64,000 bases of DNA from positions 1,054,001 to 1,118,000 of the forward strand of contig JAYWIR010000009.1 of assembly GCA_036172245.1 (NCBI GenBank). The letters run 5' to 3'. Origin of the DNA: Raillietiella orientalis. Taxonomy: Eukaryota. The first letter of the stretch is position 1. Each line of letters begins with the position of its first letter. A model generated the notes under the pieces. The model was given only the letters and a program-made list of their open reading frames with translations, ran no database searches and was not told the DNA's origin. The position numbers and the translations under genes were made by a program. Shown here one piece after another: positions 16,961-29,779 of the stretch.

Positions 16961-19649
16961 GCTGGTATGTCTGGGCTGTGTAGATGCTAGGAGGACGTCC
17001 AGGCTGCACGAATGCGGGTCAAGTAAAAAAGGACCTGTCGTGCGAGTGGCTGTAGACTGCATTTTTGTGGGCGGCTGGCACGGATGAACTATGCTTGTCA
17101 GACTATTCGCCTCCCCCTTCCGTGTCGCAGCGGAAGACATCGAGCGCATCCTGCATAATTGATAAATCTCTATTCTTCGTAGTACGAGTTATTTCGACGT
17201 AGAAATTTTCTGTCTAGACAAGGCATCTGTTTAACTGTGTCTGGCAAGGAACTCAATCGCTACGAGAAACGCGGGGTTTCTCGGTAATCGAGGACACTTT
17301 TTGCTGGCACTGTGTGTTCTTTGTGTCATCATGGAATCAATCCGTTTGTTTGTTGCTTGAGTTGTGCTGCCTAGTGACTTGCGTTTGATGGTCAGGATCT
17401 TCTTCGCTTCATGAATTTTTTTGTTTGTGCCATGATCTTTTTTTCTCCCATGTACTTCGTTTCCATTGCAGTACATAGAAAGCTGTGTACAAAGCAACAG
17501 CACTGATACATCGGCTTTTTTTTTTTGAAATTCCACGACGAGGAGAGGCACGCCGTGCCTGACTCCATGACACGGAGACAGGTGCGATGCCGGTACTCAT
17601 GCGGCGAAGCGAGAGGTCAAAATGGACCACAGTGCTTTCAGGAATGATTGAGATTCGAAGGCTGTGTTTCTCAGAATCGAGCATGGCAGTTCTTGCAGGG
17701 ACGTGAGGAGCCTGCGAGAACAGCGCACAGGAATTGTTTCGGTAGGATTTCCGGAGAGGAAGACGCACGCGCCATGCTGACGCAGTGGCAGTGATTACTA
17801 CTCTAGACGCAGCATCTTGCAGATCGTCCCGAGTCCATGAGTTCAGAATGCGGAAAGGATTCTTTCCGCATAAAGAATTTGCTTCCACAGCATATCTATT
17901 TCTCAATGATACATTTTTCCTTACTACATGTAGCCACGCGAATCATTCTTTTACCAACAGGAACTTGCTTTCGTGGAGCAATCTACAGAGTTCAGCCACT
18001 TTAATTCCCTTCCCCTGTTTTCCATTCAATATTTGCAGTGGGGCTGCAAGGGTGTCTGCTGAGGTTTCCATCACTTACGTGGCATGCTGTTCAGTACTGC
18101 ATGTCATTAATGGAGGAATTCTCATAAGAGGAATGATCATCGAAACCGAGGTATTATTCACCCTCCATTGGTTCCTAGAAGACACTCTCAAACAATTCTT
18201 AAGTAACTTTGTTTATCTCGTGGTTAATAATGGTGGGTTTTGATTAGGTTGTACACGGAGGCGCTTTTCAACCCTATTCGTTGCTACAGGCAATTCCGAA
18301 AATCTGCAGGGACACGCCGAAATGCTGCTGAATGGAAGGAGAAACTGATGTCAGTGGATCCACTCAAAAGCCTGCCTCACATCACAGAGCAGGTCCACTT
18401 CGAATGTGCTTTTCTCCAGCGTATAAGGGCAACGCTTGCACAGTTGTCCACCGGGGGTCACCATCGTAACGGGAGCGCAGAGTCACCGCTAATGCTCAGA
18501 TGACCAGCAGCTCATAAAACTGTAGAGATGCTCACCCAACGTAAGCAAACGGATGCGGCATTAGAAGTGCTCCGTGGTCAAGGAGATCGAGTATGATTAT
18601 TTCGTGAGCCTGAACAGCTGGATTTGATGAGCCCCTAAGAATTACCAGGGAGGAGATTTGGTCATGAAATGAGTCCAGGTGGCTCAGTAGCCACCAAATC
18701 AACTACAGTCACCATGTCGGGAAGCAGTGCTTCATGTAGCAACGGGTAATAACGGAGAAACCTTAGGTAGCACACGTGACTGACGGCCGATGCGCGTGCA
18801 TAAATGCCACGAGCATTTCCTTGCGAGAGGATGAGGAACGCATTCCTGAGAAAGAGCGAGTGGGCCTCCTTACGTGAAGTCCACTTCCTAGTCTTTCACA
18901 CCGAGTAACGCAAGATGGAGACGTTGCTTCCAAGTCATACACTTGCTCCCAATGCGCGGAATTGGGTTCGACTCCTGATGAAAGCTGATTCCAGCATCCC
19001 TTCGATGCTCCAGATATACAGTTCCAGTGCGCTCATTCGATGCAGTCGCCTTTGCTGGAATCGAAATTCTGAAAATGTAGCCTTTATTGTATCGAGGTGG
19101 GTGGTATTGAAATGAAAAAACAAAAACAAAAACAAAAAAAAAACATAATTCTGGGTAATGAAATAAAGGAAACCCAATTGTTCAGCAGTAACATGAACAA
19201 ATTTAGTAACATTACAAAGAGTAAAGATGATGATGATGACACGGTATAAAATCTTATCCAAACTTCTCGCCGATTGCTTTTTCCCGTACTCAGGAAAGAA
19301 CCTCACGAGGGCTCCCCCCCCCGGACAGACACTTTCCGACCATTCAACAGCGAAATTAGATGAGTGGTCAATAACTTTGTCAATATGGAATTTTGGAACA
19401 CGGTTGCCCTCATCTCAATTTCCTTCTGCATGCTCCACGGAAGCGTTCGTAATGGCACCCAGACCATGAACACGATTTCATCCGCCTTCTCCTTCCGCCC
19501 ATTCTTCCACAATCCCAGAGTCACTTGCTACATTTTCTCTTATGGAATGGAATATGTGATGGCGATGGATGCGTCATCTTCATCAGTGAAACAGCCGATC
19601 GGTAAATTTAGCTCAATTCCTTCCAGCTGATGAACCTCTGTATTCATTG

Positions 19650-20400
19650 GACCGCGTCGGAGGCTGTGTGGTTACGGTGGTCTCTGCGCGCGGCACCATG
19701 CGTCGTGGGTTCGAATGCTCCGAAAGGAATCGACGCAGTGCGTCGTGGGTCCCGAGTTCACCCCACAAGAGGACGCTGGTCGGCCTACATCCATCCGGGT
19801 GCGGCACTGGTAGCCGTTAAAACCGGATGCCCCCTATGAGGGCCGGGACAAATGGGAATCGACCTCCGGGTACTCCCAGGAATCACAGAGTAAGGGTCTT
19901 CTTACGGTTGTGAAGGAGCGGATCCCCCATTCCGGGAGGGATCCCTCCGCGTCGTGCTGATGGAGTAGGTGTGTCGCCAACGCCTCTCCAGAGAGCGCAG
20001 GGAAGCGATTCGATCCCTTCGGAGGAGCTGCGTCCTTCTGAATTTCGGAAGCGTCTCTTCTGAGTTCTCTTCAGAGGAGTAAAAAGAGGAGCGGATCCCT
20101 TGCTGAGGATCCCTCCGGAGAAGAAATTCCAGGATCGGATCCTTTCCAGGTTTCCTTTAGGGAAGAAAGAATGGAGCGGACCGCCCCGGGTCCTCCGGAG
20201 AGAATAAGGAAGGAAAATCCCTTCTGGATTCCTCTACGGAGACAACTAGGGTGGAGGTGATCGTTTCCGAGGATCCCTCTTTAGGCGTGAGAGTCCTTCC
20301 TGGATTCATAGGGCGGACCCCTCCCGGGGTTACTCCTTATCTTGAAGAATTACCCACCCTCGAGAATTACCCCCCTGTCGAAGAACTGCGAGGACAGAAA
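19650..20400 (+). mobile_element. LINE ORF1-tail-like repeat
   Basis: Homologous to 23700-24190, 51650-50870 (-) and 62620-61970 (-); shared motifs CVVG(F)ExxPQ and DPSGEEIPG.DPF. Confidence 0.55.
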
Positions 20401-20611
20401 AGAAGGATTTTCATCATCCATTCCGCGACATCATCAGACGCGCATTCACAATAGCACTCTGGGATTTCATTCCACGACTCTGCTGCCATGGAAGCCACAT
20501 CTTCTAGTGTCTACGGAAATGTCCTCATTTCGGGATGCCAGTGTCGTCGGCAAGTGCTTGCGGTAACCGACTTTGAAAGACCCGATTATGGTCGAGTGGT
20601 TGTAGGTTTTC

Positions 20612-20925
20612 CACCCGGATGTGCCGGAGCATCTATAAATAAAATTTTATAAAAACGTCTTAAATGTTTTTTTCAGGGAGAACACATGGTTCTGACTGCC
20701 CTGGAGCACTTGTCTTTACGAGCCCTCAGGCCGGTGAGGTCCTCTTCTCTGGCGACGGGGCGGGAAAACCACAAAAACAAAAACAAAGACACGAGGGGAG
20801 GGCAATGTTTCACGGGGAAGGGGGGGTCAGGGCAGGGATTACCGTTCGCCGCGAGTGGTCCACCGCATCCGCTTTTGGATGCGGAAAAGTGCCGGTCGAG
20901 CAGTCCTTAGCCGGGACCATCGGGA
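20612..20925 (-). mobile_element. Short LINE 3' end (last codons of ORF2, 3'UTR, terminal hairpin)
   Basis: Closely similar to 29378-29702. Translates RWSRLRTARPALFRIQKRMR, like RWPHRNNTKAALVSIHNRMQR at 30.6 kb. Confidence 0.75.
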
Positions 20926-21818
20926 ATGTATTTATGCATAGAATCAATATATGGGAAATAAACGTATAAATATTGAATTAGAAAGACATTAATTGCCGAT
21001 CGAAATCCCGAAAATGGAATTCATCATTTCGTGGGGAAGTTCTATTTATTGAGATGGAAGAAAAATGAAGTGCAAAATTTCCCTTTTGGTCTTTTTGATT
21101 TGTTTGCTCGTTTATCACTTTCAACTTTTTCTATTCTCACAGTTTTTATTTTCTACAATTCGATATTTATGCATTTATGCATCTAGTGCATGCTTGTTAT
21201 ATGTAAAAATATAAATTAGCGCACACAGTAAGCACCTCCTCACTATACATAATAATACTATATATTAGAACATATCGTCAATCATACGAATAAATGTGTA
21301 TGTCAAAATACATTTGTATAGTAGTCCATAGAACCATACGCACAACAGGCATATATATATATTTTGTAGAACCCTTAAAAAATCTATATATGATAAACAT
21401 ACTATCAATTATGTTAAAATATACAAAAACATATGCATTTATTTTTGCAATCTATATAGAAAAATATATATTATTATATAGTAAACATTAATTATATTAG
21501 CAATATGCATGTGAACATATCATTATAAATATGTATGATAAAATGAATTAGCATACTGATGTACATATAAACATGTATGTTAATATACACAATAGGCATA
21601 TTCATTTTTAATAATCTTCATAATGTGCATTAATCCATGTATAAATCTATATGTACAGTTATGCATTTTTATATGTAGCAAAATGATACATCATTGCAAT
21701 ATGATATACTTTCATATACAATAAGTTGGTATATTGTAATATAGAATGAACTTACATATTTTCCTATGTAATGAAAATGTGTTTTTAGTATGTATGTATA
21801 TTTACTTATTTTTTTATG
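20926..21818. other. Sharply bounded AT-rich island
   Basis: Visibly very AT-rich with recurrent ATGCAT/TATA/CATA words, flanked by GC-rich LINE DNA. Confidence 0.8.
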
Positions 21819-21819
21819 G

Positions 21820-24800
21820 TAGCTCGGGATTGCGGCCCAGGCCGGTTTTCATTCACTCCGCAGGCCCCAAGTCAAGGGCCGTCGCCTGAGGCTGCCGTGC
21901 GAAAGCGGCTGAGCAGCAGCTGCGCTTGCGCCAGCCTGGGAACTGCCTGTCTTTGAAGTCGCACGAAAGAGGAGCCCACGGGATCCGGCCGAGCCACACG
22001 CCATGGGTGCAAACCACATGTAGATACGTCAGTGCGCCTCTCCGCCCACACTCGACTCCTTCGTGATCAGGTTTCTCGAAGCTTCAGCTCCGGCCTCAAC
22101 CTCCCAAGGAGGGGGGAGGCTCCCCGTGTGCTGGGAAACCTCGAAGGAAGAGTGGCCCGTGGGATAACCCTACGTCTTCTCTAGCCTCTGGCAGAGCGGG
22201 ATTGCCTTCGCAGGAGCGCCCCCCCCCCCCATGTGCGGGTTTCCGCATGGGAGCGTGACGTCCGAGACACCACGGGTCCACCTACTGCCACATGTGCCTC
22301 CGTAGCGCACCCGAGGTCCCGTTTCCGTGGAAAGAGAAAGCTTCCTCCTTGGATCCCTCCTTGGTTGCGTACGGCCCAAGCCATTGTTGCGCAAACAAGC
22401 TTCTTGTCCCAGTTTCCACTTCGCCGTTCAGCCGTTTGTTGCGAAACCGTCGTTCCGTTGCCAGGGAACCGCCAGGGAAACAGCTGCGCATCTGGAGAAG
22501 TTCCCAGAAGCCATGTATCCCAAGGGAACGCACAGGTGTTTTTCGACCTGGAGGACGGTTTACTCGATGGGGTTCCTCGTTTCCGTGGGAACCTTTTCTG
22601 GAACAATCCACCTGTCGTCACGCGGATTCTCTGGAAAAACCGCGACAGCTGCGGGAGCGATGGAGACGCCGCTTCCGTGCGGCTGCACCCCCTGCTTTCT
22701 CAGCTGGATTGCACTGTATAGGTTTCCCCATGCGGGTCGCGGTGCCCCGAGTTCTTCCCACAGGCCCTCTTTCCACCAGCTTCCCTCCTGCCCTTCGGAG
22801 AAGGAAGTGCCGGGAGGAAACGCTCTTGACGATCTCCGGCATCCCTGACAACGATGCGTCTGCCAACGGGCAGGACGTGGCGGTCCTCCCTCCACTCGGT
22901 GCCGTGCGAGAGAGGAGGACGCCTGCGCGTTGTCAGTTTACTCAGCCTGCGGCGCCGTCGACCGCTGTGAGTGGCACTCCTGGCAGAACGGGCGCCTAGT
23001 TTCCGAGGCGCAGCCGGGGAGACTGCGAAACGCCATCTGGAGCTCCCTCGACTGACGCGCAGCGCCTCCCGACAGCTCTTGCTCTGCGGCCGCCCCCCTC
23101 CGCGAGCTTCTGTAGGGACGGAGCGCAAATGCTGCCCCCAGGCGCCTCTTCCTTGTGAGGCTGCCGTCCTCGACAGAGACGGCCGCGACAATCCGTCTCC
23201 TCCCTGTTGCTGCGTCACAGTCTCTGCCTCTGGAAGACGGGGACTGCCGACCGGAGACTTCACTGCTCCGCCCTCCTCCAAAAGCGGAGCGCATGTTTCG
23301 GCCACGTTGCCCCCGCAACGGGGCCGCCACTTCCCGGCTCTTTTCCAGTGGCGCAGCGCTGAGACTGCCCCGAGGACGTGAATCAATCAGGGGAGCCATT
23401 ACGTGACTTCCCACTCGCCGCTTGCGCTTGCAGGATTGGCGGTTCCCATGAGAATCGCCGTGGAGGTTTCCTAGCTCTACTTTTGGTCCCAGCCCCAGGG
23501 CAGCTCTCTGAGTCAGCAGATGAAGCCATCTTGCTTCCGTCCTCAGGAAACGCAGTGCGAAGCAGATGGTGTCCCGATCGTTCCATCCTCCTCTCGCGTG
23601 GCTCCAGTCCGCAGCACCTTCTGCGCGCACCGCGTTGCCACAGTTCATGCGGAGCCGCCTTCCTTTCGAGGCAGCCGTCGCCCGCTCTGGCGGGAAGTGT
23701 GGTGAACTGCGGCCTCCGCGTCGCGGGTTCGAATCCTGCTCGGGGAAGGAGAACGGGAGGTGCTTCGTGGGCTTCGAGTCCCTCCCACAGGACGACGACG
23801 CGAGTTGGCCTGTTCGGGCACGGCACTAGTGGAAGCCGGAAACCCCCAGATTCCCCTGCTGACTTTCCTTCGGGATCAGAAGTTGACCCTTCAGGGTTCT
23901 CCCAGGAATCAAGGAACCCTTCGGGATTCCCTTCCGGTTTTGGAGATGGAACCGCCCTCCATCACGTGCCATGGAACTGCTTTGCCTTCCCGCTCGAGGA
24001 TCGACTTTCCAGAGTATCAAGAAGTGCGCTGCTCCCTTCGGAGAACGCCCTTCAGGGAAACTGGAGAGCGTCCCTCAGGGTTTTTTTCAGAGGAGGAGGA
24101 AGTAAGAAGCTGATCCTGACCGGGGATCCCTCCGGAGAAGGAATTCCAGGTGCAGATCCTTTCCGGGTTCCCTTAGGAGAAGAAGTGTGTATCGGGCAGC
24201 TGGCGGAAGCTGCGACACCGAGTGCCTCTCCATGAGGACTACAGCTCTGGGCTGAGCTGCTCGGCATTCTTAGCGAAGATCTAGAGTGACCCCCGTTGCA
24301 CAACAACAGAAGTGCCCTCCCCCTGAAGTGGCGGCAGTCGGCACTTTTGCTGTTGTACACTGGAATCTTCCCTGATACGCATGCCGATACCACTAGACGC
24401 TGGGGAAGGCGAGCCTGGACTGCCGCAGGGACTCTTTAACCTGCTTGTGGACTGTGTTGACCTTTAGCCCCTATGGGAACGTTTCACAGGCTGGCACCTC
24501 CTTCAGGGACGTTTTTCAGCTCCTCTTCGTGCGGGGCGTCCTGCATCCAGCCGCAGCCCCAGAAGCTCTTCACTGTATCCGTGGGATTGTGGTGGCCTGG
24601 ATCGAAGCCCACGGAGAAAGAAACGAAGGGGACGCCGTCCAGCTTGCAGTTCGTTTCCTGCGGACAGAGGCCAGATGATCTTACCTGGGATCTATTCGGA
24701 CGGATGTAGCCGGCGTCCTGGAAAGGATGCAGAGAACTCCCTCCAAAGGACTGTGATCCCTTCCCGATCCTCCCAAAGATTTTTATTTATTTTTATTTAC

Positions 24801-24978
24801 TTTTCCTTTTTCCTTTTGTTTTCTCCCTTCCCCTTCCTCTGCAGAGGTGACTTTTGCCAGTCTACGCACCAGCGACACGGTAGGTTCATGGACAGACGGA
24901 GTTGGTAGGATCACGTGTCCTACCACAATATAGAAGTTTTTTTTTCTGTTTTAAGAAACACCCTGGCGTGTCCGGGTG
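21820..24978 (+). mobile_element. Tx1/L1-like LINE relic: decayed ORF1 (~21820-24190) joined directly to ORF2 C-terminus and 3' end (24190-24978)
   Basis: RGNLFWNNPP followed by degenerate zinc knuckles (SCGSDGD, RKCREE) and a low-complexity tail, then GQLAEAATPSAS...ALHCIRGIVVAW. Terminal hairpin at 24959-24978. Confidence 0.6.
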
Positions 24979-24989
24979 GAAATCAAAGA

Positions 24990-25345
24990 AGACCAGGGCA
25001 AAGGTTCCCTTCGGAGTTTCCTCCCAGGCGTGAAATGAACTGTCCTTCTTCCGGAGCCTTCCTGGATTCATGCGGTAGTCCCTCATCTGAGAGAGTTACT
25101 CGCAACCTCGAGTGGAGTGGACAGTGTTAAAGGTCTTCGTGTGTCTCCCTAAGGAGGCGTAGGGTTCCTCAGCACTTAGCAAACCAAAAAAGAAGAAAAC
25201 CTGAAGAGAAAAAAAAAGCAAGACTAAAGGTAGGAGGAAGCACAGAGAACAGAAGACCCAAAAGGATTTCCATTATCCTACATCTTTCCGTGGAGTCGCT
25301 ACTAGCTTTTTATAGAAAAGAAAGGAGGAAAGTCATTGCCTTCGG
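24990..25345 (+). mobile_element. LINE ORF1 end / ORF2 start fragment
   Basis: Homologous to 50990-50740 (-). RISII...RG...RRKVIAF (frameshifted) resembles the N-terminus of an APE endonuclease. Confidence 0.45.
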
Positions 25346-25998
25346 ATCCGTCCGGCTCTCACCAACTCGCTTCTTGCGCCCTGCGTGCGCAAGTGGTCGC
25401 AAGAAGTCGAAACCGACCGCAGGCCTTGTGGGCTCAAGTCGGAAATGCAGTGACTCCGGAGCGCTTCTCATGCTGACCTGCAACCCGGAAGGCGGTCGCC
25501 GCGCTCCGAGGACAGACTGGGATTCCACCTCGATCCGAAAAGCAAAGGGTTGGTCCCTTGCTTTTCGGATCAAGTGCCTCTGTTTTCGGAGTCTTGCTGA
25601 GAACACGTTGCACCGATTGCCATCCTCGAACCCACCTTCTCTTGCATTTGAGATCCTCAATGGGCAGTTTTTTTCTCCTTCGAACCGCTTTCTTTCAGCG
25701 CTTCCAGACGGAACCTTGGGTCTGCACGTTGCGTTTCCAAATGTTTGGTTAAGCTGTCTTGACCAAACATTCGACGATGCCTTTGGCGGGCTGGAAGCGA
25801 AACGAAGACACGGGAAACTGGTCTCAAAGAGCGTTCGAACGAATCCCAGAGATGGCAGATACCGAGCAACGGCCAGTCGTAGATGTCCACCGGGATACAG
25901 AATCCTTAGAAAGGAATGGACCGCTTCAAGGGGCTGTGGCAGCTGGCAATCTCATTCACTGGAATTTTGGAAATCGAGGCATCCGCTGTCTTCTTTCA

Positions 25999-26815
25999 CA
26001 CCCGAGTGCGCCGGGGCGTTTATTTTCCTGAAAACAACAAACAAGCATGTGTAGGGCCATTGCCCCTACAGCGTCTGATAAAAACTCTGAACTTCCCGAG
26101 TTGCCAGCGCGCAGGCCGGCGAGTTCGACTCGGCAGCGGAAGGGGAAAGGACAAATAAAAACAAAAAAAGAAAACACTATTTACAAAAGCAGGGAGGGGC
26201 TGGGGAAGGGATCACTTCCGCTGGGGTCGTCCTCTACATCCTTTCCAGGATACCGTCAAGATCAGCCCGCATACGTCCCAGATGGGACCATCCGACTGCC
26301 GTCCTCAGGAAGCGCAGGGCGGAGCAGATGGCGTCCCTATCGTTCGGTCCACCAGTGGCGGTGCTCCAGGCTGCCACAATCCCTCGTAGGCAGCAGAGGG
26401 CTGCAAGGGCTGCGGCAGGCGAAAGAGCGTCGCGCACAAAGAGGCGCTTCAATACGTCTCTGGGGCTGTTCATGGTTGTACCAACGGCCGTTGCGAAACG
26501 CAACCACAGGGGCCGGAAGGCAACACAGTCAAGAAGCAGGTGCGGGAGGGATTTCCTTTCCCCGCACCTGACATAGTTCGGGTCAACAGTCCCCCTCGTC
26601 CAGCGAGATCGGCGGGCGTTGCTGAAGAGTCCTCAATGCAACACCAGAAACGCCGACTCTTGCCACTTCAGGGGGAGGGCCCAGGTATTCTTCAGCACTG
26701 GGAGCCACTCGAGTACATCCAGCAGGATGCTCAGCAGCTCGCTCCAGCGCAATAGTCCTTTCAGTGGGGCACTTGGGGTCGCAGCGTCAGTCGGCTGGCC
26801 CGTGGTCCAACCACC
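25999..26815 (-). mobile_element. 5'-truncated LINE 3' end
   Basis: WTTGQPTDAATPSAPLKGLLRWSELL...; VLKRLFVRDALSPAAALAALCCLRGIVAAW; AATAAA plus hairpin at 26024-25999. Confidence 0.75.
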
Positions 26816-28295
26816 TTGGAACACTTTCGTTGCGGCCCTCTTTCGTCCACTCTTTTTTGTTTGCCCTCCCTCCTACTCGGCCAAACTACAGGCAAGACGC
26901 CTGTTGAGAAACGCTCTGTGGGGTCCGGCGAGGTCGAGGATACGACTAAAGGACTTGGTGGCTCCGCGCCAGGACGCCGGCTTAGGCATCCTGACGTTGG
27001 AGCGCATCGGACTGCAAGTGCAGCTCCGGATGTTGGCGCTTTGTGTCAAACTTTGGTCGTCATCTTGGTGTGCTCCCACGCGCCTGCTACTGCGGCGCTG
27101 GACCGGCAGCGACGGACTTCTTTCGCTTCTGCCTCATGTGGAGCACGCCGCGAAGAACTTTGGTTTCCCCCTGAAACGCATCTACAGGTTCTTGCAAGCC
27201 CATTCTTGGATCTCCTGCCGCCCTGCCAACTTCAACGCATGGCGGCGGAAGCCTTATCGTCCTGGGCGAAGCATCGGGAAGTACCGCTAACGCAACTTCG
27301 TTGCATGCGACTCTCCCCTTATCTTCCACTGGAGGATGTCATGCAAGACCAGGGCAAGTGGACACGCCTAGCCGCCACGTCCCTCGCCGCAGCGCTGTCT
27401 GCCCTAAGGTTAAGAGAGGACAGTTGCCTACCAGCAAGGTGAGAGATCTTCTGCAGCATTGCAGGAGCCATTCGATCCATGGACGGCTGAAGAATGCGCG
27501 AGGTAGCAGACGCCTCCACGCCTCGCAACATCGCGAAGGGATTCCTTCGGTGGAGCGAACTGTCCACCGAAGAACTTGTGATCCCCCCGCAGTGTTTCAA
27601 CACATCTGTGTTCCCTCTTGTATGGAAACAGGACGTGTTTCTGCTGGTGCATTGGGGTTTTCACTTCAACCAGCGCACGAACGTTGTTTCCGGGGGGCTT
27701 GTCTCCCCCAACTGTGGACGGTGTGGAGAAGCGGAAACGCTTACCCACCTCCTCTTTGACTGCGGTCATCTCACTAGTCTGTGGCTCAGACTAGCAACAG
27801 CGCTGCGACACCAACGAGACACCGAAAGGAACTTAATGCGCCGCTTCTTCACTCCAGGCGGCCTATAGTTAGGTGGGATCGTTGCAGCGATCAGCTGTGT
27901 CCGCGCCATCGTCAAGGCCCGCCGCCAATTGGAGTCGCAGACCATTTTCCGAGACGTCACCCCAATCGCAGTCGTCAACATGACGTCGGCAGCCAGGTGG
28001 CGTCATCTTTTAGAAGACGACAGAATGGAAATCTCCGGCATTCAACGCCGGTTCTAAGACCAAGGAACGGTCAATGCCAAAGACCCCTGTCCCCAAATCC
28101 CTCCAGAGACATATATACACTTATTTTTATACATTCTTGTTTTCCCGGTGTTTTCCCCATCCCTCTCGTTCCGGACTCTTAGATATACCGACCTGCGTGT
28201 CGGGGTTGCCTCCTGTCATGTTATCTTCTTGTGTATTGTCTGAGAACATTTGTTTTCAGATAGTTTGTTGATAAACGCCCCGGCGCACCCGGGTG
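26816..28295 (+). mobile_element. Best-preserved Tx1/L1-like ORF2 3' part (post-RT region and C-terminal CCHC finger) with 3'UTR
   Basis: LWGPARSRIRLKDLVAPRQDAGLG matches the L1/Tx1 LW...L..P...GGLG motif; CGRCGEAETLTHLLFDCGHLTSLW is the CCHC finger. Terminal hairpin at 28276-28295. Confidence 0.8.
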
Positions 28296-28296
28296 A

Positions 28297-29370
28297 AAAA
28301 CCACCTTGTTCCCTCTCTCTCGTGGAGATTCTACATCGGACCTGCCACTTGGCCGGCTGACTACTGCCCAGATGCTCCCTGAGGGATAGAAGCACTGCAT
28401 CCAGGGAGGCTCCTTCCGCCCACGCACACGTGGTGGGCTGCACGACCACATCCTGCAGCGAGCGGTTGTTGTAGAAGGAGTGCAGCACTCGCTGCTGCAT
28501 CTTCGGACTCGCTTCGTTGTTCTTCGTTGGCCCAGTGAGAACGGTTCCCTGCAAACAGGCATTACCGTTCGCGGTCCGGCAGAAGATCCAGTTGTCGGTC
28601 CTGGTCAGCTTGACCACTCGCCGGAGCTCCATTCCGCAGCTGGACACGTTGAGCCTACGCCGTAGCACCAGGAACGGAGACAGACCCACGTTTGCCTCTG
28701 GCTCGCTGAACCAGGTGTCGTGCAGGCTGGCACCAGCTGGTGCTCCACAACTGCGCCACTAGAACGAGTGTCCTCCACTGGAGGGGCGGCTCCAGAGGCT
28801 CCAGCATCAGAAGGCTGAGGCCTACGTCACGATGCGGAGCGCACAAGTCCTTCAGGCGGACTCGGGACCTCTCTGTGCCCCACAGAGTGATTCTGAGGAG
28901 GTCCTTCGTCCGCCTCTTCACACCACAGGGTGGAGGGCAAACAAAAGACAAGTGGCGAAAAAGTCCACGCCGTTCATCTCATACCCCTCGCTCGGAACGG
29001 GAAGGCACCTCCTGGGCTTCGGAGACCTGCGTCCCGCCTTTCGGGGAGGTGCCTCCGCGGAGGAGGATGGACTTTCGGCCTCCCGGTCGGACTCACCTGC
29101 GGGAGGCACTTTCGCGTGAGCCGGCCTGCGCACGCCCTTATGCGACGGGTTCTCTCGCTCGGCTAGCGTTGCCGCGAGTTTCTCCGCCGCCTTGCAGGTT
29201 TTGGCAAGGATTGCGGAACAAGAGGACCTACCTACAAGCCCGTCTCTACTCCAGGAATCCGGAGTCCGACGCCTGGCGGAATATAGAGCTGGGGTTAAGA
29301 GACAGGTCTGGCAATCCGGGTCGGCCAGCTTGCTGGACGCCCAAGGCCGGGAGCGCTCAGCTCCAGAGCT
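28297..29370 (-). mobile_element. LINE relic: ORF1-like low-complexity piece followed by post-RT ORF2 piece
   Basis: LWGTERSRVRLKDLCAPHRDVGLS...AQLWSTSWCQPARHL is clearly homologous to 26.9-27.1 kb. The ORF1 assignment of 28960-29370 is weak. Confidence 0.65.
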
Positions 29371-29377
29371 GGTTTTT

Positions 29378-29770
29378 CACCCGTTTATGTCGGGGCATTT
29401 ATTATTAAAATTTCATAAATAAAATTTCGTAATAAAGTCTTAAGTTTACTTTTTGTTTTTCAGGCTGAACACGTGGTTCATGAAACACTTGTCTTCATCG
29501 GCCTGAGGGCCGGTGAGGTCCTGCGCCGGTGACGGGGCGGGAAAACCACAAAAACAAAAACAAAGACACGAAGGGAGGGCAATGTTTTACAGGGAAAGGG
29601 AGGGCAGGGAAGGAATCACCGTTCGCCGCGAGTGGTCCTCTGCATCCGGTTTTGGATGCGGACAAGTGCCGGTCGAATAATCCTTAGCCGGGGCCATCGG
29701 GAAGCCTTCTCCATTGAAATGGCTGCCCAGTGAACGACATCCCGGCTGTTGTGGCCTCTCCTCGACTCAG
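29378..29770 (-). mobile_element. Short LINE 3' end
   Basis: DVVHWAAISMEKASRWPR; 3'UTR near-identical to the 20.7-kb copy; AATAAA plus terminal motif. Confidence 0.75.
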
Positions 29771-29779
29771 TCCATTTGA

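Noticed and set aside
19387..19400. AATTTTGGAAC resembling a nematode SL RNA Sm site
   Set aside because: No spliced-leader exon, donor or flanking stem-loops recognisable.
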